Shown one piece after another: positions 52,330 to 64,000 of a stretch of 64,000 bases of DNA. The stretch's first letter is position 1; every line of letters begins with the position of its first letter. The stretch spans positions 620,001-684,000 of the forward strand of contig JAQGDQ010000008.1 of NCBI GenBank assembly GCA_030141605.1, in the 5' to 3' direction. Source of the stretch: Tubiluchus corallicola (taxonomy: Eukaryota; Animalia; Priapulida). Below the pieces are notes generated by a model, which searched no databases, was not told the origin of the DNA, and saw nothing but the letters and a program-made list of their open reading frames with translations. The translations under genes and the position numbers were made by a program.

Positions 52330-53585
52330 ATTTAGCAAATTAAGTGGAGTATTAGCTAGAATACGACACTACATAAATGTAGATGTACTACGGCTCTTAT
52401 ATTCTTCTCTTGTCATGCCATATCTGAGTTATGGCATTCTCGCCTGGGGTAGTGCTTCAGCATCGGTCTTAAAATCATTGGTTTCTAAACAAAACAATAT
52501 TATCCAACTTATAACATTTACTAGCAAAAGGGAACATGTAACACCTTTGTATTTGCAATTAAATCTACTAAAACTAGTAAAAGTAAAAGTATATGATCTG
52601 TATAAATTAGAATTGCTCAAGTTTGTACATAAATTCAAAAATAATTCACTTCCGGATCTCTTCAGCAATTATTATACTTTAGCATGTCACATGCATCACC
52701 ACTCTACTAGGTTTGCTACTACCCAATCTTATTTTATTGAAAGATTTAACTCATCTAAAGGCCAGAATTCTTTAAAACACTGGATCTTTGCTGTGGAATT
52801 CATTATCAGACCAGTTAAAGTCAAGTAACTACAAAAAGTTAATTCTAAACTATAAAAAACAACTTATTGCAGGATACAAATGAATGAGACATTTTACTTA
52901 TGTACTTGTAATACTATACATATTTTTTTCATTGTTACGACACTTAAAGATTTTGTTTAAGTTTTTGTTATATTTTGATTTCATTTTGTCTGATTTACAG
53001 TTGAAATAGTTTTTCGATGGTTTAATTTATTATATTTTCTTTCTCGACAAATTCAGTCATTGATGTTATTATTACAACATTTCAGTTTTGTTTTTTCTTA
53101 TTTGCTTCTGTGTTTTGTTTTGTATGATTTATATTTGCCTTATTTTTCCTTGGTTTAATCTATTATATTTTTTCTCGACAGCTTTGGTTGATCATTCTAC
53201 TGTTTTTTGTTTTTTTGCCGGATTTTTTAATTAATGCTCAAATTATGCATTTTCTATTATGTTAAAAATCTCAAGTTATTTTTATTGTGTTTGCTTCGCA
53301 TGATTCACAGTATTTTAGAATTGTAAATCTTTCGTTATTTAAACTATATGTTCTACAGTATTGTGATACCTATCATTTAATTGCCAAATACACACATCAA
53401 CCGAATACAAATTTAAATTGAGAACGATGCCATAATTAATTTTATTTAATCATAGCTATTTAAGGCTGGTTGACTTGATAACTTACGGGTTCTTCGCTGC
53501 CCTTCTCCTTTGCTTCGAAATTGCATGTATTCTTGATACTGTATTTTTATCATTCTAGCGGAGTTAATAAATAAATTGAATTGGA
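52330..53585 (+). mobile_element. L2/CR1-group LINE 3' end (ORF2 tail and T-rich 3' UTR)
   Basis: YSLVMPYLSYGILAWGSAS...HVTPLYLQLNLLK...LPDLFSNYY...HHHSTR, then an AATAAATAAATTGAATTG-type end at about 53566-53583. Confidence 0.78.
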
Positions 53586-53599
53586 TACTATTTTGATGA

Positions 53600-54120
53600 A
53601 GAAACCGTCCCATTTGCCCTTTCATAACTGAAATTATATCCCGTTAGCCGACACAGTTTGCTGCACTAACCCCTTATATCCGTTACACCGCACTTACACT
53701 ACCGCTCATTAGCCAAATATCTGGAAAATAAGTACTGCGCCGAGTTTCATGACACGTGAAATAGATTCTCTCCCATTTGGGTAGATTACAGTATCAGTGC
53801 TTGTAATCAGAAATATCGATGAAAGCAGGACTACAATAGAAAGATGTATCTCACACACTGATGTAAAAGAAAAGTTGAAATACACCTCCTATTTATCAAG
53901 AAAGTAATTTTAAAAAACTTACTGTTAGTGTCACGAGATTGAGTGATGTCACAAAATATTTGAATTTGGGAGATAGCAGAGAGCGATATTTTTAATCTGT
54001 TACTGTGTGCCACAGCCTTACTTACTAAGTGGGAAGGAGGTAGAGTGTCTGCAGTGGGACTGATATAGGAAGGTTGTAGGGTGTGAGGAGAACCACTAAA
54101 CTGCAAGTACATCTCAAAAT
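53600..54120. promoter_or_regulatory. Candidate promoter region between divergent CIT and Mastermind
   Basis: CpG-containing non-repeat patch, E-box CACGTG near 53753, minus-strand consensus donor GTAAGT at 53697-53692. Confidence 0.35.
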
Positions 54121-55525
54121 TTTATTTCTTGCTTATTTCCTAGTAAAATATTGTGGCGTTTGAACGAGTTGTATTTTAATACTGTTTTATCTGTTAATAT
54201 AGTGTTATGTACATTGTCTATTCAGTGATCTAATCATCTAAGAATCTAAATTCCTGGATTATTTATCTTAGCTGACTTCTATATAATGACAATAATGCAA
54301 TATTTTTATTAATATTAACAATAATAATAAATTGTGATGAAATTGAGTAGTTAGGCCTATTTCATTCTAACAGTATTCTTACTTACTGGCAAAATCAAAA
54401 CTGAGAGCACATCAACAGTTACTGTCCCTGGTTTAAAAATAACTGAGTAAAAACAGCTTGTAAATTACTGGTATTGCCATAAAGTTCACAGAGAAACAAG
54501 AGCTGTATAAAAGTGCCATGTCATGCAGGGCAGTTAAACCATCTATTAATTATAATATAGGTGTCATGCACAATTCATGCATGGGGTTATAATGGAAACA
54601 GTGGAAAATAAACAATTCCAATTAGTAAACCTCAACCAACAGGTTAACATTCAGAAAAGGCAGTTAAAACAATACAAGTAACCCGAACAGTATCGTATAG
54701 ATAAGTGTAGAGTGTTATTTATTAAGCTTAGCAGCATTGGCTAAGCTGCACATGATACAGCAGCACTTGCATCATATAACACTGATTAGGAAGTAAATGG
54801 CTTATCATCCTGCATGCTGCATTACAGAGAAAAAAGTTTGATGACTCAATAAAATGTTAACATTATTTGCTATTATCCATAATTAGGCCAAAAGAGTGAG
54901 TCTTTTCGATCTTAAGAATTATGTAAAATTAAAAAATATTAGTTCTGAAAACCATTTGCTTTTTTTGATAAATAGCTCATAAAGTATTATTGATTATTGA
55001 TTATTTTATTAAATTTATAATCTAAATTTTATTAATTATTATTTAAATATTTGTTACTACTAAGTAAAAAGGAAAAGGCTGTTTCCGTTACTGCAGTATT
55101 AGTGCCCCAAATGGTGCTACAGGAATTGTTATTTAATTCCCATACATTGTCGATGCAGCTCTTTTATATCAGTGTGCTCTGAATTTGTCTAACATTGACT
55201 TTATCTACATATTATTTGTATCAACCTATTATTAAGCCACTTTGATATACTAATTGAACTGTACAGTAAACATTTTTCCCAAAATTTACAATTTGATTTT
55301 CAATTGAATTTTCATTATTTTGACACTTTTCTAAACAGTTAGGCCCTACCCAGCAATGAATTCCAAACCCTGGTGTGAAGGTCAATTTGGCTGCCTCAGA
55401 AATCTTTTAAACAGAGCATATTGTCTAACCCGAAAGCTCCAGGTTGTAAAGTAAAATCCTGGCTTGACAGTCATGTGATTAGGCTTTTGGTTGTATTTCA
55501 ATCTCCTGTTAATTATGCTATACAT

Positions 55526-56568
55526 CAGGGGTGTGCCAATTATCTAACTAGCCGGGCCACATTAAACTTTCCTGCAATTTCTGTAGGCCGCATACAGCTT
55601 GGTCAACGAGCCAAGAACAGTAGGACCTAATAACGCTCTTTTGCATTTGACCTTCGCATCATTACTACTACACTCAAGAAGAAAACTATTTTACAACTTT
55701 TTAAAATTTACATTAAAAAAACATAGATTTCAACTTTCATGTCAGATAGTGGTAATTTTGTTACAATGCATGTTAGTGCAGTGTATCACACAGTTTGTGC
55801 AGTACAGTGCATATTAATCTGTCTTGAAACACTCAATGTTCTTTTTCAATATTCCTCTTTTCCTTATTTAAGTTTCTGATCTATAAGAACACTACACCTG
55901 ATGAAACGATGAAACAGCCACTGATCGAGATGTGCCTAAACAGAAACTAAAATCTGGGAATCCCCCTATATCAGTGGTGGCTACATTTTTCAGCTTGTTA
56001 GCTACTTACAATTTAATCTGCCTAGTCGTCTTTTTGGACATAGTAGATAGATCATTTTGACTTGGTTATTTTATAATTTTATTTATAATTTATTTTGTAA
56101 AATAACCAGGTCAAAATGATCTACCAGCTATGACCAATAAGACAATTGGGCCGATCAACAGACCGGATAATGTAAGTCTAGAGATTGGCTGGTTGGTCTT
56201 TCTACCAGCCAATCAGATTACTTCTCGCATTTCTTTCACATTTGAGCATTTCAGTGGCGGCTTCCATTATAGTTTGCTGTGTTCTGTGATTACATCGCTT
56301 TTTTGTGTTCCAAGTGACCAACATTAAATTTCGTCATGTCCAACAGTGACATTAAGTGGCAACCCGCCTTGTAAGGGTTAATGCCATCCAATCTAGCAGA
56401 AAAAAACTACCCGCCCTATATTTGCGATCGTGGCACGGAATTTTGTTGGAAATATCTTCCTGATCCTTGCGACTCAATTCATCGCTTGCGCCGCGCTTTC
56501 ATTAGGTTAACAAACCTCTTTGCTGGCCTCACAACGTCTCTCGGCGAGCCGTACTTTGCACATCTCTG
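55526..56568. mobile_element. Non-autonomous hAT (Charlie-like) element, 1043 bp
   Basis: Perfect 8-bp TSD CTATACAT (55518-25, 56569-76); termini CAGGGGTGTGCCAA and TTTGCACATCTCTG. Confidence 0.88.
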
Positions 56569-57783
56569 CTATACATGTTGGCAAATTATGTGTGGACTAT
56601 GTAAATTAAGGAAACCTAAAATTAAAATTTCATGGGGTCAACCACAAAAACTTGTTTTGGACCTAGGTATTAAAAAGAACCTGGCATTAGTGTGATCATA
56701 TCCTCTAGCGAATATTGGACGTCAACAATTCTGCAGATTCACAGATCCATGCTTATTTGGTTACCTCGGGCCCTCGGAAACCATTGGTCAACCCAAGAAG
56801 TCCCGGTTGTTGTGTTTGCTGAAATGGTGGCTGTGGTACAACACAATACAAAAATGTCACTAGTTTAATTTTAATGTGATCATGTTCAGGAATACTGTGC
56901 AATTTGCTCATGCGAAGACAATAAAGTAAGAAAAGCCATTGTGAGATTTGAACTTGCATTCCATGGATCTCTGTTCAAGCATCTAGCCATAGTTGATTCT
57001 AAACATTCTCTAATTAGGCTAGTTGTACCAATCTCAATTTGAACTGAAAAAACTGTGGTGCCCAGAGACTCTGCCATATGTGACTGATTATTTTCCTTCA
57101 ATCGTTGCTATTGGCATACACAGGAGGGCTGGTGTTATGTTAAGTGAATTTATGCTCAAACTTCCACTATGCACTGTAAAGCTAAACTGATGCATTTGCA
57201 TGATGACATTGCAAGATAAAACTGAAGAGAAGTGGGTGTGCTAAACAAAAATGTAATAATCGTTTTGTTTGCCATATTATAAAATATATCATTAAAATCG
57301 ATTCAGGCTCAGAACATTGCAAGTGAATAATAGTTAAAATAGCATGAATGTATTCAGCTTAGGTCAATTATATAAGCTTGTTCGCTTTGAATCTGCATGC
57401 ACCAATCTTAGTCCTTGTTATTGCTCTCTTTAATGTTTTCCAACTGTCAAGTTAGACCCTAGCTTCTATTGAATTAACTAATCTTGACCCCAAAGCTAAA
57501 TGTTTTCAAACAATGAAACAACTTCTCGATGTTGGTGAGATTAAACGAAACTAAAGTTAAACTATCATGATGGTCGTACATTACTTAGGAGAAAAACTAA
57601 TTTAACATGATAGTTGGGTATTCAGATACAGTTCTAATGGTGACAGCTTACTCCTTCTAAGTAGCAAATATTACAAGTGCCTGTTGAAAGAACCAACAAG
57701 GCAACCGAAAAGATTGAACGTAAAACTAAGATGCGAGCTATGCCCATCTAGTTACAAAACTAACCCTGCAAGCACACCACAAC

Positions 57784-58430
57784 CAGGGATGTTACTGAAA
57801 CCGAAATTTATTAAATATAGGCAACCGAGACCAAAACGAAATCGAACTGAAACATTTTTGCAAAACCAACTACTATTAAAACTGAAAAAAGAAAATTCTA
57901 AAAGAAATGTTTTGTTTGCTTTTATTTGCTGTGATGCAAAATTACTGATAAAAAGTTCTAATACAAAAAGGACAAGGAAATTTTACAGTATAGAATCTCA
58001 ACTTTGATGGGCCAGTATACCTTAGAAATTGTGTTTTAATGTTTTTGGATTTAAGTATCGTTAATAAATGTTTAAAGACCACAGTGCTTCATTAATAATA
58101 AATTTTGTTTTGTGGATATTTTGTTACCTATATTTCATAAATTATAAAATTAAATGTGATTTTGCTCAAGTAAATTCAAACGTGGTTTGATATTTCGGTT
58201 GATTGGGCCTGGAGACCCTAAAACTTCACTGTCGTCAGCACTAGAGATACGCTGCGCTGTCTGTAAGATTTTTCAACGGTTTTTGACATCAAAGAGAAAA
58301 GAAAAGATAAACTGGATATATACTACTAAAACCTCGAAAAAATGCTCCCAAAAATTACCCGACATTTCCGCAGCAAATTTTATCGAAACCAAAACTGCAA
58401 TTATCGGCAAACCAAAATGAAACATCCCTG
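57784..58430. mobile_element. hAT-like MITE
   Basis: 10-bp TIRs CAGGGATGTT/AACATCCCTG with subterminal AACCGAA-type repeats; TSD not recognisable. Confidence 0.6.
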
Positions 58431-59706
58431 GCATCAGTGTCATTTCAGTCAGTCAAGAAAAGCAGGACTATGGAAATTACACCAAAAAAGACAATAGCCA
58501 CTTAGGGTGCTGGGCTACGGTAGAAAGTGAAAACAAGAATGTATGTCCAGAGAAATGTAATTTGTACGATAGATGGTACCTGTTAATGCACTTCTTGAAT
58601 TGATTCGAGTTAGGCTGTGTTTTTGTAGAAACAATTATAGTATAGAATTCCTCACAGAATCTTAAGTAAAAAATGTTTTATAAGCACTCCCTTTCCTAAA
58701 CACACATAGAAAGCAAGAATAATGTGACCTAAAATTTGGTCGTTTAGTAGAAAAGTTTAGATTGTCACTAAGAAATTTCTTGTTTTCGTCCAGTATTACA
58801 AAGTATAACTTACAAAGGTATAATCACTCCTCTTTTTATAAGCTGTGTATTATAATCGAATATTATATGCTCTGAAATTTTGTTTCCTCGGAGTTTAAAG
58901 TGAAGTTCGCCAAATCTTTGTATTTCAAAAAGCTTTGGTTTTTCTCAGAATTAGCATGTGATTGTATTTTTTCATTTCGGTTTTTACTGATTTGATAAGC
59001 TTAGGTCTTCTTACCCGAACACAGATGAATGGAAACTGAAACCCTATTACATACAAATTTGAAACATTATTTTGTTTTTGGTGGGGCACTTTTATTTACA
59101 AGCTGTATAGCAGTAAATACTCAATATTTTGAGAATGGTAATTTCATTGACCATTATCGTCAAATGTGCTAAACAATTTCGAATTTTACCCAAACAGCTG
59201 TGTAACATCTGGTTTGAGCTATTGAGTTTTGGCAGTTTTGTTATTAAAGTAGAGTAATTTATAATTTAATATAATGGTGTCAAAAACTGAGTAAAAACAA
59301 ACATTAAAACACAGATGGGAAGGTACCACATAGTCTGACTTAAATTAATAATTGTTTTATGTTGATGTTTAAGTACAAGACGTCTTTGTGATTTCCTAGT
59401 ATAGTTTAAGAGCTTTGTTCATTTTAAAAACTTTGGCTAGAACTGTTTTTTTTAATTTCTCTTTAAATTTTAGATTTTGGAATTCCAGCAGTTTGCTTTT
59501 AATCGACATTATTATAAGTAATGATTCTTCAACGAATGTCCGTTTAACAGCTAGTGTGCATGTTTAGAAGAATTACCTGCTGCTTAATTCAGCTTAACAC
59601 AACCATACACTAAATATGCTTTTAATTTATAGTTCTAACAGATCCATATAAATATTGAAATTTTGAAACTAAACTTGCCAGAAAGAAGGGAAATGTGGAA
59701 AAACCA

Positions 59707-59780
59707 TGACTGACTCTGGATTTGAACCATGGATATTTAAATCACAATACCAATTTTAACAACTAGACCAAATCTAGGCC
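59707..59780 (-). mobile_element. tRNA-derived SINE head or tRNA pseudogene
   Basis: Minus strand shows A-box-like TGGTCTAGTTG and B-box GGTTCAAATCC at tRNA-like spacing; stems poorly paired. Confidence 0.45.
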
Positions 59781-60455
59781 CAATCTCAACTTTTCCAATT
59801 TCCTTGCTTTCTTTCTTTGAAAAATTGGTTATAAAATCATTTTTGGTTTAAAAATTTTCATCAGGTTTATTCCATCACTATTAAAGTAAATATGAAGTTA
59901 AGACTAAAACTAATTAATACCTTTACACTTTGTACATTGCAAACTTTAATTGTACAAGCAATACAAACAAAATATAAACGTGCTAATTTTTTGTGCATTA
60001 ATACAGCCTACAGTTGTTATACCACATTACGTTCACTTGTTTGAACGGTATTTATTTTAGATGCTTTTTTACTTTTTAACATGTTAATGCATCATTATTT
60101 TTGTAATTAACCTTTTGTGTGCACAAATAACAGTTGCATCACATTGTTTACTCATTGTACAAAAGTTGTTTATGTGTGGTAAATATTCTGTATGATCCAT
60201 GTCAGCCTAAAGAATATGATAATTAGAAAATGAATGGCCTTGACAGGATTTCTTAGGCATTACCTGAATGTTATTAGTGTCGCACCACTGAACCATGAAG
60301 GGATAAAGTAGCAGAGAGCACTGCTGCGTAGTATTTCACTTAAACTACAACGTGTAGTTAGGTCATTCATTTTCTAATTGTTCTATTCTTTATTTTGCCA
60401 GGAATGCTGCCGCTGTGTACGTGGCAAAGCATCAACACTGGGTAAGCCTGTGAGT

Positions 60456-63038
60456 ATGGGGGATTTTCTTATCCCCAGGAAGAATGCCATCGAGCGATTG
60501 CGACAAAAGTTTGACTTGTACCGCCGTCACCACAATGGCACGATCCCGCGTCATGAGATGGCTTACAGTGGCCTGGTTGATCAGCAGCGGCAGGAAACAG
60601 CGATTTTACATAGACGATGGTTAGAAGCCAGAGCAAAGAAAGCTGGCAAGAATAAGCATGAATCTAAAAGTAGGTGCGCATCTAATTCAGAATCTGGTCC
60701 TTCTGATCAAACAAAGGGCACTAAACGTAAATTCGATGAACAGTCGTCACCCATCGGAGAAAATGAGTCCGTGTTTGATGATGGACCAGATGCAAAGAAG
60801 GACTGTAATGGAACTGACCAAAGTGGTGTTTCTAGTATTTCTGTAAATATTAATTTGCAGCAGTTTTCCTCTCAGCCAAATCAAACTATTCATACTAATG
60901 TGACTGTTAAAACGCGTTGTTCAAGTGAGAGTGGAAGCACTAGCAGTGCAAAGCAGGACAGTACAAAAACTGTGCCTTGTTATAAGTCTTCCAGTCAAGT
61001 AAATCCTGATCCCGGTGTTCAGTGTAAACAAGAACCGCGTAGTGATGATGACAGTAGTTCACATAATATTGACGTAAATAATTCTGACGAGTTTACTAAT
61101 CTGGGTTTGGATATACATCCTGATATGTTGCAGGACATACTCAGCTCGCTTGGTCCCGATTTAATGGATCAGCTCAGTCATCTTGGTGATGATGAAAATA
61201 AAACTGGTAATGCTACTGAAGATGTAGAATTGCATCAGGATGCTAAAAAATTCTTAAGTCCCATGTCTCATAATGTGCCAGTTAGTAGTTTGTCTTGTTC
61301 TCGAAGTCAAGCACAATTTTCAACTGCACAACAAGTACGGTCTGACGCTCACGTGCCATTTGCCACTGCACCGCAAGTGGTGCCCTCAAACCACAAGTTT
61401 TTGCATCAACGGCATCCACAGATGGCATCTCCAAGTCCTGCCGCTTTGACTTTAAAACAAATGGCTGAACAGCACCAGAGACAAAGTAACGGCAATGACA
61501 CTCCTGGGCACGCATTTGGTGTGTTTGGGACTGCTTCAAAATTGCAACCAACGAGTGAACCCAGTGGCACTTGTGGTGCATTTGGTACTGCTGGACTCAC
61601 ACTTATTCAAACAAAGCAAGAAAATGTGCAAAACACTCAAAATATGTACAGCAGCAATTCTGAACATTTAGGTGCAAAAAATGGTGAGTTATTGCAGCTG
61701 GCAGGTACAAAACCATTGCGACACTTTTCTAATGATTCTGGGACAAATGTTCGCAAAGTTGTTTCTAATGACCCGGGACTCCATCGCACCCACTGCATGG
61801 ACATGTCTCAAATGCAGCACTTGCAGATTTCACAGGGAACAATCCATGTAATGCAACAGCAACAGACTAACGTGCCAGCGCGAATGCTGTATAATCCTAA
61901 CACACATCCACAGACCATTACAATATCACAAAGCCAATCTGTAGCCCTACAACATTCCAGACAGAGAATGATAGCACCTGGTAGTTTAGCATCTCGGCAG
62001 CAAAATCCAATGCAGCAGAAATTCTCTCAAAATTTGCAGCAGCAATTATCTCATCGTCCTCCTCCACCCGAGTACAAGCCACAATCAGCTACTTTGCATA
62101 ACCTCCAACAAGGGCAGCCTCCACTCATCAATACTTCCCAGGCACATTTGCACATTATGCAGTGTATACCGCAGAGTGGTAATTATATATTAAGAGCTGC
62201 ACCATCTCAGAGGATGAATTCAGGGAATAATGCTACTCCAGGTCTAATCTCCCAACAGCCAGGTTTTCCTGCGTCACGTATGCCAGTTGCTCAAATGACA
62301 TTCCAGCCACATTCGGGAATTCAAAATGTAAGACTTCCGTCGGGCTACAATACCATTACTGTACAAGAGCAGCAGAGATTCATTGCCGCACAAACTGGTC
62401 AGATGCGTGGGCAGTGGCCAACATCAGAAGGCACTGTTCATGAAAACCCTATTACACAGTCACAAAATGTGAAGCAGAACTTGGCGACATTGCGACCCAC
62501 TTTACAACAGCGGCCACAGCAGCAAATTGCTCAACAGCGCATGTCATCAGTCGATGTGGCACATGTAGCACAGCGACAAGTCATTCTGCAACAACAGCAG
62601 CATGTCACCGCACCTATACCTGCTCAAGGAAGTGCTTTGGACTTTCCGCTGCAACAAGTGCAGCAGCAACCGCATATTAATCTCCATCAGTCACATCCTC
62701 GGCACCACCACCAACAACAACAGCAGCTGCAACACCAGCAACATCAAGTAATGTCACACCAGTTGCAACAACATTCTCAGTTGCAAGCTTCCCATCATGC
62801 TCACCTAACACCACAGTCGCACAACTCGCAGCAATCTCAGCAACATCCGCCGCAACATTCTCATCTCCAACAATCACATTCTGCTCAAATGCCTGAGTCA
62901 AGAGAACAACAAAATTTGAATTCAGAATACGTCACCTTGGACTTCTTAGATAATAGTGGAGGCATAGATTTGCTAAATTTTGATGGTACTGGGTCAGGCT
63001 TTAACATCTTAGATGATATGGATCTGTTGCCTAAATGA
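60456..63038 (+). CDS. mam: Mastermind-like Notch coactivator (860 aa, single coding exon)
   Basis: N-terminal MamL-1 helix MGDFLIPRKNAIERLRQKFDLYRRHH...QQRQETAILHRRWLE, NLS-like KRK, acidic DMLQDIL segment, PAALTLKQMAEQHQ, Q/H-rich body, acidic C-terminus FNILDDMDLL; acceptor TTTTGCCAG at 60401. Confidence 0.9.
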   Translation: MGDFLIPRKNAIERLRQKFDLYRRHHNGTIPRHEMAYSGLVDQQRQETAILHRRWLEARAKKAGKNKHESKSRCASNSESGPSDQTKGTKRKFDEQSSPIGENESVFDDGPDAKKDCNGTDQSGVSSISVNINLQQFSSQPNQTIHTNVTVKTRCSSESGSTSSAKQDSTKTVPCYKSSSQVNPDPGVQCKQEPRSDDDSSSHNIDVNNSDEFTNLGLDIHPDMLQDILSSLGPDLMDQLSHLGDDENKTGNATEDVELHQDAKKFLSPMSHNVPVSSLSCSRSQAQFSTAQQVRSDAHVPFATAPQVVPSNHKFLHQRHPQMASPSPAALTLKQMAEQHQRQSNGNDTPGHAFGVFGTASKLQPTSEPSGTCGAFGTAGLTLIQTKQENVQNTQNMYSSNSEHLGAKNGELLQLAGTKPLRHFSNDSGTNVRKVVSNDPGLHRTHCMDMSQMQHLQISQGTIHVMQQQQTNVPARMLYNPNTHPQTITISQSQSVALQHSRQRMIAPGSLASRQQNPMQQKFSQNLQQQLSHRPPPPEYKPQSATLHNLQQGQPPLINTSQAHLHIMQCIPQSGNYILRAAPSQRMNSGNNATPGLISQQPGFPASRMPVAQMTFQPHSGIQNVRLPSGYNTITVQEQQRFIAAQTGQMRGQWPTSEGTVHENPITQSQNVKQNLATLRPTLQQRPQQQIAQQRMSSVDVAHVAQRQVILQQQQHVTAPIPAQGSALDFPLQQVQQQPHINLHQSHPRHHHQQQQQLQHQQHQVMSHQLQQHSQLQASHHAHLTPQSHNSQQSQQHPPQHSHLQQSHSAQMPESREQQNLNSEYVTLDFLDNSGGIDLLNFDGTGSGFNILDDMDLLPK

Positions 63039-64000
63039 TTTTTTTGTTACACTTATCAAGTTGTAGATATATTTGTGCCCAAACCATGATTTCTGACAAA
63101 AGTTTAAATGTTACAGTTTGTAGGATTATGTATAGCTTTGTCTTCCAAAATGTTATGCTCTGGCAAAGTTTTATATTTTTACACATAAACATGTTTTTGT
63201 ACATAAGTTTTTTATGACAAATTAAATGCTTCAGTGTTATTCACATAAGTGATTCACATATGCAATGTAGCTTTTTAGACAATGATCAGTATTTTTGCAA
63301 TACTTATTTTTGTCTGTATGTATCTGTTTGTGGATAAATTTGTAATCAGCGTTGCAGGAGTCATATAATTAGTCAGTTTTCTTTTACTTGTATATTTTGA
63401 AAAGTGTAAGTGGTAATACACAAACTTTTATGTAAAATTTCTTTACGACTATTAGTGTGACTGATATTAGTTGTGTATGCTTTCATTTAGAGTACTGTAT
63501 AATTATTTCTTTTATGTAGAACTTGCATTCTAATGTGTTGTAAGTTTTTTGGTATGTTTCATGGCTAATAGCTGTCCAGTATTGCTGTTTTTATGATGGA
63601 AATGTAGATCATTAGACTTCATTAGACAAAAGAAGCTGCTTTTAGGAATTGTGTAATTAATTGTGCTAATATTTTTATAGACATCTTATTTTGTAATATA
63701 CTGTTTGCATTTGGTGAATTTGTTATCTAATTACAGTTTTTTCTTATTACAATTTAGGCTAAAATGACAGTGGTAGTTGTAGAAAACTGTAATATTGTAG
63801 GCAGTACCGTATTTCTAATTAGTAAGATATGTATATGAGTTTTTTCTAGAACCTTGACAAAATTTATTGTTATCAAGTCGGTTGTGATTTTAAACATTGT
63901 GAAACATATTTATATAAGCATATTTATGAATGTACAGTTTAAGTCTTTAAGCACAAGAGTGTGTTGTTCTAAAGGCAATCTTGCATATCAGGCATTTTCC

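Noticed and set aside
55340-57000. tRNA genes (B-box-like motifs near 55360, 55450 and 56945)
   Set aside because: No complete cloverleaf; at most decayed SINE heads.

Overview
AT-rich genomic DNA from an animal, most likely an invertebrate bilaterian (inferred from protein style and repeat content), with spliceosomal GT-AG introns. Five protein-coding genes can be reconstructed: RNMT (+, 9506-10588), TMEM70 (+, 11654-12328), UAP1 (-, 10 coding exons, 25583 to 13176, 511 aa), Citron Rho-interacting kinase (-, 40109 to 33692, two coding exons, about 1957 aa) and Mastermind-like (+, 60456-63038). Introns and intergenic DNA hold non-autonomous DNA transposons (hAT, piggyBac, pogo/Tigger, Harbinger, foldback), decayed LINEs, a truncated Gypsy element and microsatellites. 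The most unusual aspect is gene architecture. Four of the five genes have essentially intron-free coding regions (one exon of 5.7 kb), while UAP1 keeps nine coding introns. Every start codon lies 1-54 nt after a 3' splice acceptor. RNMT and TMEM70 sit in tandem with no visible promoter between them, suggesting a shared leader exon or a polycistronic unit. All gene models and coordinates were read by hand; no database search was run.
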